64,000 bases of DNA from Amoebidium appalachense (Eukaryota; Protista; Ichthyosporea). This document shows positions 17,579 to 29,900 of this stretch, one piece after another. Position numbers and translations under genes: made by a program. Where the stretch lies: the NCBI GenBank assembly GCA_963693365.1, contig CAVNZM010000002.1, positions 7,222,454 through 7,286,453 of the forward strand. The letters run 5' to 3'. Below the pieces are notes generated by a model. The model did no database searches and was not told the origin of the DNA. It was given only the letters and a program-made list of their open reading frames with translations. How positions within the stretch are numbered: the stretch's first letter is position 1; each line of letters starts with the position of its first letter.

Positions 17579-19219
17579 TCAGCTAAGCAGGTCGGCCAAA
17601 AACAAGTCCACTGTAGTTCTGCTCAAAAACATGGGTCCCTGGCCCCATGCCCCAAAGTGAGTCCCATCCTCTGACCCCTCCGGCCTCGCCTGTGCCCAGT
17701 GGTACGTGTCAATCGCCTTAATCCCGTATTTTCCGGCCAAATTTCCGATTTCCGAGTTGAATCTCCTCACCCGCTCAGGGATGCGTAGGAACGGGGTTCC
17801 GCTAGTCGCAGGCATAGAGAGGTAGTACGCTCTTCCCTTTGCTATGACGTCCTTGCATTCGGACGCGGCTAGTTGAAGAATGCACCTCTCAATCGAGGAA
17901 AATGTGTCGCCTGGCGTAAATCGATACACGGACCACAACCCGTGGTTTATGACAAGAACATCAGCGCCGAAACACGTCCCACTGGCGCTGTTTGTGCGGT
18001 TGAAAGAGGTGCGTCCGGGGCAAGAGTCACCGTGGAACATGTATTCCAGCTGCGGCGCATTTGGTATCATGGGCGAAGTTGGTTTATGGTCCGACTGCTT
18101 GGATTCGCTGGTCCACGCAAAGGTGGAATTCTTTGGAGTGAAAAACGTAGCTATGTCAAAGTAAAATTCACGCGTGATGGAGTCGCCAGCGATGAGGATC
18201 TTTGAGATGTTTTTCTCATGTAATGTCGAGGCCACCTGCTCCTGTGGTGGTTGCCTTTTGACCGAGGACGGGCGACATAGACCCCCCCTTTGAGGCACCC
18301 AGAGGTATTCGTCGGTCCAGAAATCTCCCTGGGTCGTGGTAGTGTTGCTCGTGCCAGATCCAGAAAGAAAATATCCGGTTGTAGTGGCTGTGTTATTCTT
18401 ACGAAGCCATACCCCTTCTCTTAGCCCCGTATAGTTGCAAGTCGGCATTGTTTTCCCGCTTAACGATGTTTGGTTTTCGCTATGGGCGACATCAATGTTA
18501 AACTCAACGAGCGATCCTTGTTCTCTCTTGCAGTAATACGGATTGACCTCCGGGCAGCCATTACACCATTGCCCATAGATGGCAACTGGGACATCCTCGA
18601 GGAAAACACGCAAGACGATCTTGTGCTCTCCGCCCTCGGCAGGAATAAACGACACCCTATAATCCCTCTTACAGTACATCACCTGGCGTGGGCCAACCGG
18701 GTTTTCGCCAACTTTCGGGTTTTGTGGTGTTAGAGCACCGTTCTCTCGGTCGACAATCGTTCTGTTTTCGCATAATTGCTCAAAGGCTTGAACGGACGCC
18801 ACCTGCCGGGTGTTTTCGGAAACGACTTTAATGTAAAATTCGTCTTCCGTGTCTGGTTTCTGTCCAACTTTGGTTATGTTGAATACGAATTCCTCGTTTT
18901 GAACTGCCGCAGCGTCACCAAGCAAAAGCCGCCGGTCAATGCTGTATTTAGAAGCTAGAACGACTGCATGTTTGATCTGATTCGAAATGTGTGTTTGTGT
19001 GCTTTGGGATATTTCTTGTGCTAGCCTTTCACTCTCGTCGATAGTTTCGCCCAGATAACGTTGTATGCTAATGTGCGCTGGTGTTTGATTTGAAGGACCG
19101 TAATATACAACGAAAGTAGTTGTGAGAAGAAAACAACACAGAAGCGCTAGAGTTCGAAAGCCTACGACGCAGATGCACCCTTGTGTAATTTGGGTGAAGC
19201 TGGCTGCGAACTGCTTCAT
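17579..19219 (-). CDS. Type II membrane SGNH/GDSL-fold O-acyltransferase/esterase (PC-esterase/NXPE/TBL-like), 546 aa, single exon
   Basis: N-terminal TM anchor (LALLCCFLLTTTFVVYY), possible Ig-like segment, catalytic ILIAGDSITR (GDS), VINHGLW, and DGTH (DxxH). Confidence 0.85.
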   Translation of the reverse strand: MKQFAASFTQITQGCICVVGFRTLALLCCFLLTTTFVVYYGPSNQTPAHISIQRYLGETIDESERLAQEISQSTQTHISNQIKHAVVLASKYSIDRRLLLGDAAAVQNEEFVFNITKVGQKPDTEDEFYIKVVSENTRQVASVQAFEQLCENRTIVDRENGALTPQNPKVGENPVGPRQVMYCKRDYRVSFIPAEGGEHKIVLRVFLEDVPVAIYGQWCNGCPEVNPYYCKREQGSLVEFNIDVAHSENQTSLSGKTMPTCNYTGLREGVWLRKNNTATTTGYFLSGSGTSNTTTTQGDFWTDEYLWVPQRGGLCRPSSVKRQPPQEQVASTLHEKNISKILIAGDSITREFYFDIATFFTPKNSTFAWTSESKQSDHKPTSPMIPNAPQLEYMFHGDSCPGRTSFNRTNSASGTCFGADVLVINHGLWSVYRFTPGDTFSSIERCILQLAASECKDVIAKGRAYYLSMPATSGTPFLRIPERVRRFNSEIGNLAGKYGIKAIDTYHWAQARPEGSEDGTHFGAWGQGPMFLSRTTVDLFLADLLS

Positions 19220-20494
19220 TGTTGGTAAATGTGCTCCAGCGAGTAGAATAGATTCTGATAAAGCTTATCTAGAAAGGCAAATTTAGGCATTATTGGGCAA
19301 AGTGCTTGAAATATATTGGCGAAAAGACAAAGCAATCGGGCACACCTCGTTCTAGCCTCAAAAAGCAAAGAGGCATTATCACGATTCGGTAGTATTTTGT
19401 ATGAGTATGAGGGAGATCACTGAGATTCGAAATTATTATCTACATAAAACGAAGGAAAAACAGACATAAATGTCCACTTGCAAGTAAATACAACGATGAT
19501 TAAATAGAAATGGTCAAAAAACACACGTTGGGTCACAAAGTCACCATTTCAAACTCACTGATGTAGCTACTCATTGTGTCGACACTCGGAACCGTGACCA
19601 CCGTGTGCTGAAGAGCCGGCAAATTGGTCATGTCGCAAGGGCTAGAACGATTGGATATCAAACGCATCTCTTTACTGAGTTCTAATATTAGTGATGTTCG
19701 CGGTTTGAAAGAGCAGTTGTACATATAGTAATGGTAATAGATAAGCAAGCAAAAGTATTTTGGCTTTTTTCGTGTTTTATTTTATCTATAGTGGGCTGCT
19801 CTTTGTGCGTTGAAGTGTATACATCTGTATACATCATCCTTTCCAAGTAACAAAAATGACTCAGTTGATTCGTTTAATATCACATAAAAACATTCTGCGG
19901 GAAAAAGCGTGACAGTTGGTTGGTGACCAGATATCAAATGCCTAAATAAACATTTTAAACATATGGGAAATATGTAGCTCTCCAAAGTAAAAAATAAAAA
20001 TTCCATAATCCAAATTTACAATCATTTGCACGTCAACAAATAAACGCAGCGTCATCAGAAAATTAAAAACGAAAAATTCTTGAAATTTATATGCAATAAG
20101 TTATGTTGTTATGTTATTTGTTATGAGCTGTGCACGTCAACAGTTAAAGAATACGTATACGGTAACCTTGTCTGCTCCGGGCCAGAGACGAGATAATCTC
20201 ATGGTAGACACGCTATCAAAAGTAGTTTGTGGAGATGCATAAAGTGTAACCAATAGGATCTTGGTTAAGCTTTACGGTATGGACTCGGTAAATCAGAAAG
20301 GGGTTTACGCTGTTTACTCGAGGCAAAGAGAACCAGTCTCAGGTATGGGGGGGGGGGGTTTGCTCGGAATATCCCCTCAGCGGTATATCATGATCACGTA
20401 CATAGATGTCGGGTGGTGACTATATATCAGGGTTTACTTTCTCTACGAGACACCATAAAGACTACAAGGAGAAATCAATTAGTTGGGGTTCCCC

Positions 20495-20542
<48 letters not shown>

Positions 20543-20574
20543 GGGCTCCCCTCGGGACACTCGGTATCAGCTGG

Positions 20575-20629
<55 letters not shown>

Positions 20630-20649
20630 TGTGTGTGTGTGCGCGTGCG

Positions 20650-23350
20650 CTATAATTTTGTAGTGATGTGTTTCTCAAGCCAATCAATACATCTAATAAA
20701 CAGGTCGTAGTTACGCGTGTTTAGTATAAAATCAAGGATGTTGTAATTTACAGGTAGGCTATCTTTCTGGGTGTCTGTTGTGAATGTGACGTGTGTGTGT
20801 TGCGGTATTATGTGGTCTATCAAACTACATTTGGCGATACATGACCGGTTAAACTGGTGTGTGTGTGTGTTGTTTGGGCATGCAAATGATGCCACCTTAT
20901 ACTTATTAGATCTCCACTGTATAGCACGTGTACAGTAAAAGCGTGGTAATTGATCAATAATACCATCAGCTAGAGAAAGACCAGTTCTACAGGAAGGTAA
21001 TATGTATTTAGGTGTTATACACTTGCGAGTGCCATATTTGGCAATATGGTTGAGGCGGTCAGTATATATAAAACGAGACATAAGGCTTAGTTTTTCAAGG
21101 TGTATGCTTTCATCGGGTCTAGTGTCGTGTGGTATCTTTTTCCATTTGTTATATTGCGTGATTATCTTGTGATTGTGTACATGTTTAATAAGTAAGTGGC
21201 AGTCCAAAGTCACACACACCCTATTGCGGGGTTTATTTGTATTTGTGCCCAGGGGAGAAGGGGAGAGAGAGGGGAGGAAAGAGGGGAGAGGTGAGGAGGG
21301 GACAGGTCGGATAGAGAAGAGAGGGTGGGAGGGCAAATACTTCTTTAAGCGGCTTATGTGCTTATTGAATTTCAGCGCGAGATAGGATACTCTAGCAGCT
21401 ATTGGGACCAGACCATATATCGAGAGCGTTACAGGCCCAGGTTTACAACAGTTGTTAGATAGAAAGGAGGCAACTTCTGCTTCAAGGAAATTTGCCAAGG
21501 GTTTAAGCGCTCTAGTTCTCTCTTTCTTGATCCAAGCGGCGAGAAGGGGTAAACCATATTCACATGCCGGGAAGACAAAAGTGCGAATAAATGTAAGTCT
21601 AATAGAAGGATGGAGGGGTGTGTCTTTAAAAATATTAGCCGAGAAGAAAGCTAACCGCTTACGAGCCAACTCTACCCTCTTTTCGACCATATGGGGAAAC
21701 ATAACACCAACAGAATCAACCGGAACACCAAGATATTTGTATTCTGGAACTATAGGTACAGGTTTGGATGATAATGTCAATGTGTGTAAATTGTTAGCTA
21801 TATCAGGTACAAGAACACCACATTTGTCTATGTTAAGGATCATAAGGTTTGCCTTGCACCACTCTGACACTACATCGAACAATCTTTGCAGGCGTCTAGG
21901 GGTACGGGCAAGGAGGGACAGATCATCAGCATAGAGAAGTGCAGGCGGAAAGTTATTAATAGGGTCATCGTTTTCGGCGTAAATCTTGACAGCCAAATCA
22001 TCTATAGATAGGTTAAACAAAAAGGGGCTAAGCAATGAACCCTGCAAGAGACCTCTAGTACGAGCAAAACCATATGAAAGATGCCCATTAACCACAGCTC
22101 TACCATAGGTTTGAGACAAGAGTGCTTCTAACAGAACACCAATGCAGTGTGGTACACCCCGTGCAGCAAGCTTTTCCCATAGGAGACCAGGGGAGACAGA
22201 ATCGTAAGCAGTTTTCCAATCAATAAAGCCAACATATTGTGCACCAACTTGCATAGAATCGTGCAGTGCCATTATTTGAACATAACATGAATTGTTTTTA
22301 CGAAAAGCGGATTGGCATGGGTGTATGTGAAGAATAGATTGAAACCTAGGGTGATGTGCAAATAACCTAAGTAAGCAAGCTTCAAAGAATCTACGAACAA
22401 CCTGGGTTAGTGTAATGGGGCGAAAGGATGATATGGGGCCCTCAGAGTCCTTCTTAACTATGGGGATCACTAAGGTATCTAACCAAGATGACGGGACATG
22501 TCCACATTTAACACACCAAGAAAAGAGAGAGCTTAACATGATAGTAAGATCAGGTTTAATAGCACGATCACTTTCCTTTTGTGGGTAGGAGGGAACAAGG
22601 ATTTTAAGAAACCCAGCAGGGAGTCCATCAGGTCCACAAGACTTACTAGAGCTATAACTAGATATCACAGACCATATGGCATCGGGACTGAAAAAGGGGA
22701 GGATCGATTCTATGGGGATAGATGGGTCTACAGGCCACACAATAGGTTTCTGAGCGGGGGTCCTATCTTTAAACAGTTCCGAGAAATACTTATCAGAGTC
22801 TATGAGGGGGTCTCCAGTGGTATCACCAATAATACGAGCAGGGGGGCCAAATCGATTCATACTAGCAAGCCGGCGCAAGCTTTCCTTTTGAGACAGGGGT
22901 TCACCTAGTCTAGCGGGAGTGGTGTTTGGTAACAAGAGAGCATCGGGATATTCCTTCCTACCACCGCCAGCATAATCACCGAGATCTATCAAATCATCAA
23001 CAATAAAGTTAGTGCATGTATCTAGTACGAGATGTGAATCTGGCCTGGCTTGTGCAGATTCTAATAGGCGCATATATATAGGGTGTTTCGTAGCATAGCA
23101 TACACATACATCAACTCTACCCCACTGTGACTTAAGCTGGGATAGACGGAGGCGAAAGGTGGGAGGGGGGAGGGGGGAGCAGATCAAGGGAGATCTTAGG
23201 TAGGAAAAGGATAGGAGAGTGGTCAGATGACCTAGAGAGGTTAGGAGGGAGAGAGAGTTTTGACATGGTTGATGGCCAAAAGGCCACTCCCCAGTCGGTG
23301 TTGTGGGCATGGGATATTTGAGGGAACCGCAAAGTGTGACTTTGGACATA
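20650..23350 (-). CDS. LINE ORF2, C-terminal part (end of APE, reverse transcriptase, C-terminal Cys/His region)
   Basis: Resumes in frame after the TSD as YVQSHTL..SDHSPI (APE terminal motif). Frame changes at the purine run ~23161-23178 into KSCGPDG..FRPITL..QSAFR..FIDWKTAYDSV..GLLQGSLLSPFLF..YADD..YKYLGV. Confidence 0.9.
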
Positions 23351-23355
23351 CCTTG

Positions 23356-24073
23356 TGTCGTATCCTAATGTATGTGTACTAGAGACGCGGCACTCTACTA
23401 AGTGTACACACACGAAAAGGAACGAACGTGTACAGAAAAACGGTAAAGTTTATTAAGACCAGGCTCCGACGGGCAAACTTAGATCCGTACGGATTGAGTC
23501 TAAGTTACGACTGAGGCCATCAAGGCCGTGCCCTACAAGATCATCATCACCTGGCCCCCTACGATGCCACATTCCATTAACATTCCGATCTACTTTTATC
23601 GTGCGCCTGCACGAGCTAAGTCGATCTACTCAACTAATATATTTATCCAAGTCTCACCCCTCACCCTCCCCCTAGTGGCACCGCAGAGTCTAAATCTACA
23701 TTTCATACTATCCTCCCCCCCCCTCCCTCCCCCCCTTTCCTCTACATCTAAATATATAAATACGTTTGGCAACATATACTATCAAACCTTGCCAATCCTT
23801 ACAAAAGGGCTTCTGCCCGAACAATGACATTCCTAAGTCCTCCTACGATCTATCCTACACACTAATTAGAATTCTATTGGACGGCTGTCCCGGCTGACGT
23901 GGTCCAATGCCCTGCGCCGGCAGAGGCAAGATGCACGCAGCTGTACAGCTATCTTGAGGCCCCGGACTTGATCTTGATGATCTGTGGACCCGGGCCACCC
24001 CCCCCCCCCCCCCCCCCCCCCGATCTCGATCGTAGACTTAGGCTAATCTGCTGAGACGGATTAGTATATGTCA
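23356..24073 (-). repeat. Gypsy 3' LTR (718 bp)
   Basis: Near-identical to 36422-37146; differences mainly in C-run lengths plus about 1-2 substitutions. Confidence 0.95.
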
Positions 24074-24255
24074 ACTCCCCCCCCGGCCCCCGGAAAAGCT
24101 GAGTCCCACCTCAGTCACATTACATCTAACACCCCCTAAAAAGACATAGACTAATCAGTCTCCTAAAAAAATTAAATTAAATAAATTACGAAGAAAAATA
24201 ATAAATTAATCTACACCATAAGCTTGATACCTACGGAGACACCTATGATAATAAA

Positions 24256-25576
24256 TTAAATTCCTACGACTACGTTCACACTCCTCCTCGGTCTCCTCCC
24301 CTCCCTCCCCCCTCCCCCCGTGTGTCTACGTGTATTTGCATCACTCCCCCCCCCGGCCCCCTCCCCCACCGACTTTTTCACACCACGATTAAACTGAGGA
24401 ATAACTCTCTTTGGCCGAGAGGGAGCACTAGGCAACTCCCTCTGCACTAATCTAGCCTCATAAGCACGAATAGAAAACGGGCAATCCAAATGAAACTCAG
24501 GCAACCACTGATCTTCCTGATAACCTCCCTCAAAACGAATTAAATAATAATTTACCTTACCTTCCTTACCTTCGATAACCTTTTTATCCATAATTTTATC
24601 TACTGCAGCCTCCGATACATCCACCGACCCGTCATAGTCGGGGGTGAATGCATCTAACACTCGACGGCCCTCCGGCCGTTTAACCCTAAGGGCCCTATCA
24701 TAATATTCCTTTATATCATCTACATTATAAAATCTAACATCACTCTCATTATCTAACCTCTGCACCTTATATTCCGTCGGACCTAACCTAGCCACTATTT
24801 TATACGGACCGATAAAAAGAGGCAACCATTTCTTACCATACTTACGAAGACCTTCACCTTCACCCTTACCTTCCTGCTCCTGCTTATATCTCTTCTTCCT
24901 AGTATGATCCCTAATTAAAACTAAAGTACCCTCGGCAAATTCACGTAACGGACGTGTGGACACGTCTGTACGTGCCTGTGCCTGCTGTGTACGGGCCAGA
25001 GCTGCATCACGTGCAGCCCGGGCCCGGGTTAGTAGCTGCTCCCGGAACTCAGTCCAGTGGGGATAAGTTAGTCGGTCAGCCCCCCCCATCGGCAAAAGTG
25101 CCGTATCTAACAAACTAATAGCCTCCTGCCCATAGACCAAATAAAACGGAGAAAAACCAGTCACAGCATGAGGGGTAGAATTATATGAATGAGCAATAAA
25201 CCTAGACATATGATCCCAATCATTAGCCTCCACATCCACCATTTTGCCAAAGGACTTCTGAAACACTGCATGCACACGTTCAGAGATGGCATTTGCTTGA
25301 GGGTGATATGCAGACGTAGTGATATGAGCTACCCTTAAAATTTTACACACCTCCGACACCAACTGATTTAAAAACACACGACTCCTATCCGTTAACAAAA
25401 CACGAGGACAACCAAACCTAAGACAAATTTCATCCACAAAAATACGAGCAAACAAAACGGCATTAGCAGTGGGGAGAGGAAAAACTTCAACCCAACGAGT
25501 GGCCACATCGGTGACGGTAACAAGAACAGTGTTACCCTCAACCGTAGAATTAAAAGGACCGACCACATCCACTGCT
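24256..25576 (-). CDS. Gypsy integrase catalytic core, GPY/F motif and chromodomain (split from its N-terminus by the Copia insertion)
   Basis: AVDVVGPF..VTDVATRW..LTDRS..AYHPQANAISERVH..YNSTPH..FIGPYKI..VDKIMDKK..YYLIRFEG..DQWLPE. Confidence 0.9.
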
Positions 25577-25581
25577 ACCCT

Positions 25582-26507
25582 TGTTAAATGTTATAAGTAT
25601 TTAGGATGTAAGCAGAGACACAGTGGTGCAGTGTGAAAACACCACAGACACACACAACAACAAAACACGGAACGATCGGAGCAGTGTACACAACAGACAT
25701 CAATGTTTAGACACGACTGAACTGAATTTATTCTGATCTTCGAATAAATACCTGAAATTCCTCTAAGTCCAATCCATACATGATTTCCGACCAGTCGGAA
25801 ATCAGATCCATCTCTAATAGAAACCAATCACTAAGAACCAATTGCTTTCAGAGAGATCCGGTACGCGGAGGCGTACACGATAGGACACAGACACTAGTTA
25901 GGATCAACTCGTGTCATCATCAAGGAAGTTCTAACCTATGACATACTGCAAAGACTCAGACATATCACACTTAACCTTGATGATTGGTTAAAGCCCGGCA
26001 ACACATGAAAACTAAAGTGAATTAATGAAGTCTAAACACACATGCTATTCTAAGTGTAGCCTAAGTGTGTTACCGTCCAATGAACACGTATTAAGTAACA
26101 CAAATCTACCTAACATATATTAGTAGAAAAAGAAATACGATTATACACATGAAGACAAGGAGAGAAAGAAAAGAAAATAAGGAAGGAGAAAGAGGAAGGA
26201 AAAGAGAGCACAGATCAACAAACAAGATAGTAATAGCATAACTATAACCAGAGATATTTATGTACACACGAACATGTACACGTCTCTCCCTGAGTGGGTG
26301 GATCCGTGAACACACATATAAATATTCTAATCGATATTACAATACACGATTAAAGCCGATACAACACGATTACAAGTATACAAGCATATCGGAGATCGAT
26401 GCTACACTTTACATAATAGGAGTGTGGCATTTACACTAAGCATATGAACTGAAACATAACACAAACTGAGAAGATCTTACCATATGTAAATACTACGTAT
26501 TACAACA
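25582..26507 (-). repeat. Copia 3' LTR (926 bp)
   Basis: Matches 31411-32336; only one difference noticed (GTGAACAC vs GTGTACAC). Confidence 0.97.
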
Positions 26508-26938
26508 TCCCCACTTAAGACTTTGAAGTTTGTGTTATCATATCCCCACTGAACTAGTGAAATCTCCCCACTTGAGAACAGAAACGGAAAAAAAAAATTA
26601 AAGTGTGTACTTTTCCCGGGGGGGGGGGGGGGGGGGGGGGGGGGGAAGGGGGGGGGGAGGGGGGGGGGGGGGGAAGGGGGGGGGGGGGGGGGGGGAAGGG
26701 GGGGGGGGGGGAGGGGGGGAAGGAACCGGGGCAAAAACAACGAATATATATAACGTGTATAGGCGGTGTTTGATTAACTGGGTTTTAAACCAGTGAAAGA
26801 TAGAGTAGAGTGATGGTACAGGTCAAACCTTATATATAAACCCTAAGTGGGCATACCCACAAAGGCAATACATATGATATAATGATGTTGATAAAGTAAG
26901 TAGTACACATGAGAAAATCACTCTTGAAGTAGGTCGGG

Positions 26939-29900
26939 TCAATCCACAATATCCGGTAAACAAAGTCGAGCACGATGGTGGACATGACTCGGGCCGGGGA
27001 GGGGTTTGGTGAGTATGTCAGCTAAGTTGTGGGCTGACTCAACGTAGTGGACAACCACGTCCCCACTGGCAATGTAGTCCTTGGTGTTGTGATACCGGAC
27101 GGCAATGTGTTTGGTACGGTGCTTGATGCCGGTGGAGTTGACGATGGCAATGGTCGACTGGTTGTCACAGTACACCGGAGTCGGAGCAAGCATGGGACAG
27201 CCGAGTTCCTTGAAGAGGTCACGGACCCAAGCAACTTCTTGGGTGCCAGCATTGAGAGCAATCAGCTCAGCTTCAGTGGTGCTGGTGGCCGTGATGGGCT
27301 GGAGCTTGGAGTACCAGATGACGGGCATACCAGCAAACACGATAATGTAGCCGGTGGTAGACTTCTTGCTGTCGGCACAACCAGCAAAGTCAGCATCCGT
27401 GTAGCATTCGAGTATGGGGGACTGGGTGGCCGAGTACTTGTAGTCAATGCCAAGGTCAATGGTGCCGAGCAGGTACCGGGCCACACGACGGAGAAGGTCC
27501 CAGTGAGTCTTGCCGGGGTTGGTGCTGAACCGACCAAGGAAGCCGATGGCATAGGCAATGTCGGGACGTGTGCACCGTGCCACCCAGAGGAGACGGCCGA
27601 GTAACTCACGGTAGGGCACGGTGAACGGTTGGGGGGGGCAATCAGCCAGGGAGACGGTGGTGCCTGCAGGGATGGGGGTAGACTTGGACTTGGCATCGGT
27701 GAGGTTGAAGTCGTGGATGATATCCATGATGTAAGACCTCTGGTGCATGTGGAGGTGATGGGGATCAGAGTGATTAAAATCAACACCGAGCATACGGTCA
27801 AATGGACTCATACGACAGCTGGCCATCTTGCTGATGTGGGCAGCCAGGTCACTGGCAGCAGTAGAACCCCGGGTGTTGGTGATGGTGGAGTCATCGACGT
27901 AGTTACCAGCCCGTACCACATCGTTGTTGGGGAAGAACCGGAGGTAGATGCACGGGTCGGTCTTAGTACGGGTCAGGCCATGGGCAAGAAGAATGCCGTC
28001 GAGGAAGTCGTACCAAGCCTTGGAGGCTTGCTTGAGGCCGTACAGGGCTTTCTTGAGTCTCCAGACCTTGCCAAGTGTGGCCATGGTGATGAATCCCGGG
28101 GGTTGTTTCATGTAGATGGTCTCGGTGAGTGGGCTGTTGAGAAAGGCCGTAGACACGTCGAGTTGATGTATGTCATGACCTTCAACAACGGCCAGAGCTA
28201 GGATGGCACGGAGAGCAGCCGGACGGATGACAGGGCTCTCAATCAACTCATAGTCAACACCGTATTGCTGACTGAAGCCTTGAGCAACACCACGTGCCTT
28301 GATCTTGGTGTCACCAGCCGAGTTGAGAGTTTTCTCGGAGACAATCCACTTGAAGCCGACGATGTTAGCACCAGGGGGAGGGTCAACAAGTTCAAAGATG
28401 TCTTTGTCGACGAAGGCTTGATACTCAGCAGTCAGGGCTGACTTGACCTGATCACCATTGGGTCCGGAACAGAGTTGACGGACAAGTTTGGGTAGTTGGT
28501 CGATGTTGATGGGGGGACCGGGGGGGACTGGCAGGGTGGTGGTGGCTTGAAGTCCAACCTTGCCCTGGAGACGGGCAGAACGACGGGGTGCAGGAACCGG
28601 GGTAGGTGGAGACGGTGGGGGGGGAACTTGGAAGTTCGGAAGTGCAGGGGGGGCAACCTCCGGGCTGGACGGGGCCGAGTGGAAGTTGTCGGGGGAGCCG
28701 GGTCGGATGGGTGTGACGTTGCCAGGGCCAGGATGAGGGTCGGCAGGCTGGACGGGCACGGGGGCAGGGGGGCCGGTGGGGGGGGGGGGTGTCGGGGGAA
28801 CGACGATGGCAGGAGGGGGGCCAGAGTACACCAGACAAACATCATCTTCAGTGTCAACTGTGGGGGGTGGGGTGGTCGAGGTAGCAGTGGTGTCGGGGGT
28901 CGGAAGGGTTGATGGAATGTCGGACGGGAGATAAGCTGATTCGTCGAAAATCACATCACGGAAGAGGCCGACACGATGGGTGGTGGCATTGAAGATCCGG
29001 TGGCAGTGTGATTGAAGATCATAGCCGATATACATGCCGAGTTTGACGGTGGGGGCCAGCATGTTCCGTTTAGAGGCTGGCACGTGAGTGTAGGCAGGGC
29101 AACCGAACACTTTGAGCTCGGAGATGTCGGGCTTGACACCGTAGAAAACCTCGAATGGTGTACGACCATTGGCAGTCGTGGACGGGGTGACGTTGATGAT
29201 GTAGGCGGCATGTTGGAGGGCCTCAGCCCACAGTTTGGGAGACAGAGACTGATCTTGGACTTGATGGAGGAGGCAACGGACAATCTCTTGGAGGAACCGC
29301 ATACGTCGTTCAACATAGCCGTTCAGTTGAGGGCAGTCCACCGGAGCATAGCTGGCCTTGATGCCCTGGGAGAGGCAAAAAGCACGGGTATCCTTGGAGG
29401 TGAACTCAGAGCCGGAGTCGAAGTGGTAAACACCAACTTTGGAGGGGGCATGGGTGGCAACGAGGTTGGTGTGAGCTGTGAGAATATCCAGGGTGGTGGT
29501 ACGGTCGGCCATCGGGTAGATCTTGACGAGGCCAGAGGCACGGCAGACAGTGACGAGAGCAACCTTGGAACCTCCGTACGATGTTGTGGTAGGCTCAAAA
29601 AAATCCCAATGCCATTCATGACCGGGGATGTTGGAGTGAGGACGGTCACCCCTGAACGGAGCCTTGGTGGTCTTACCCATAATGCAGCCATGACAATCAG
29701 GAACATCACAGGCGAGGACAGAGGAGGGGAGACCAATAACAAGGTCGTGTTTCACCATGTCCTTGATGCTGGTCATAGCTCGGTGCCCCAGACGATGGTG
29801 CCAGATGGATGGGTTAACACTGGTAGTGGCAGCCAGAGCCACAGGACGAGTGGGTGGTTGAATGGTGTAGTCCTTGAAGTAATACAGACCGTTGTGTAGA

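Noticed and set aside
23132-23349. ATG at 23349 as the true start of an 899-aa RT protein
   Set aside because: The N-terminal ~60 residues are off-frame; the real ORF2 starts at 37641 and the SDH motif is in the other frame
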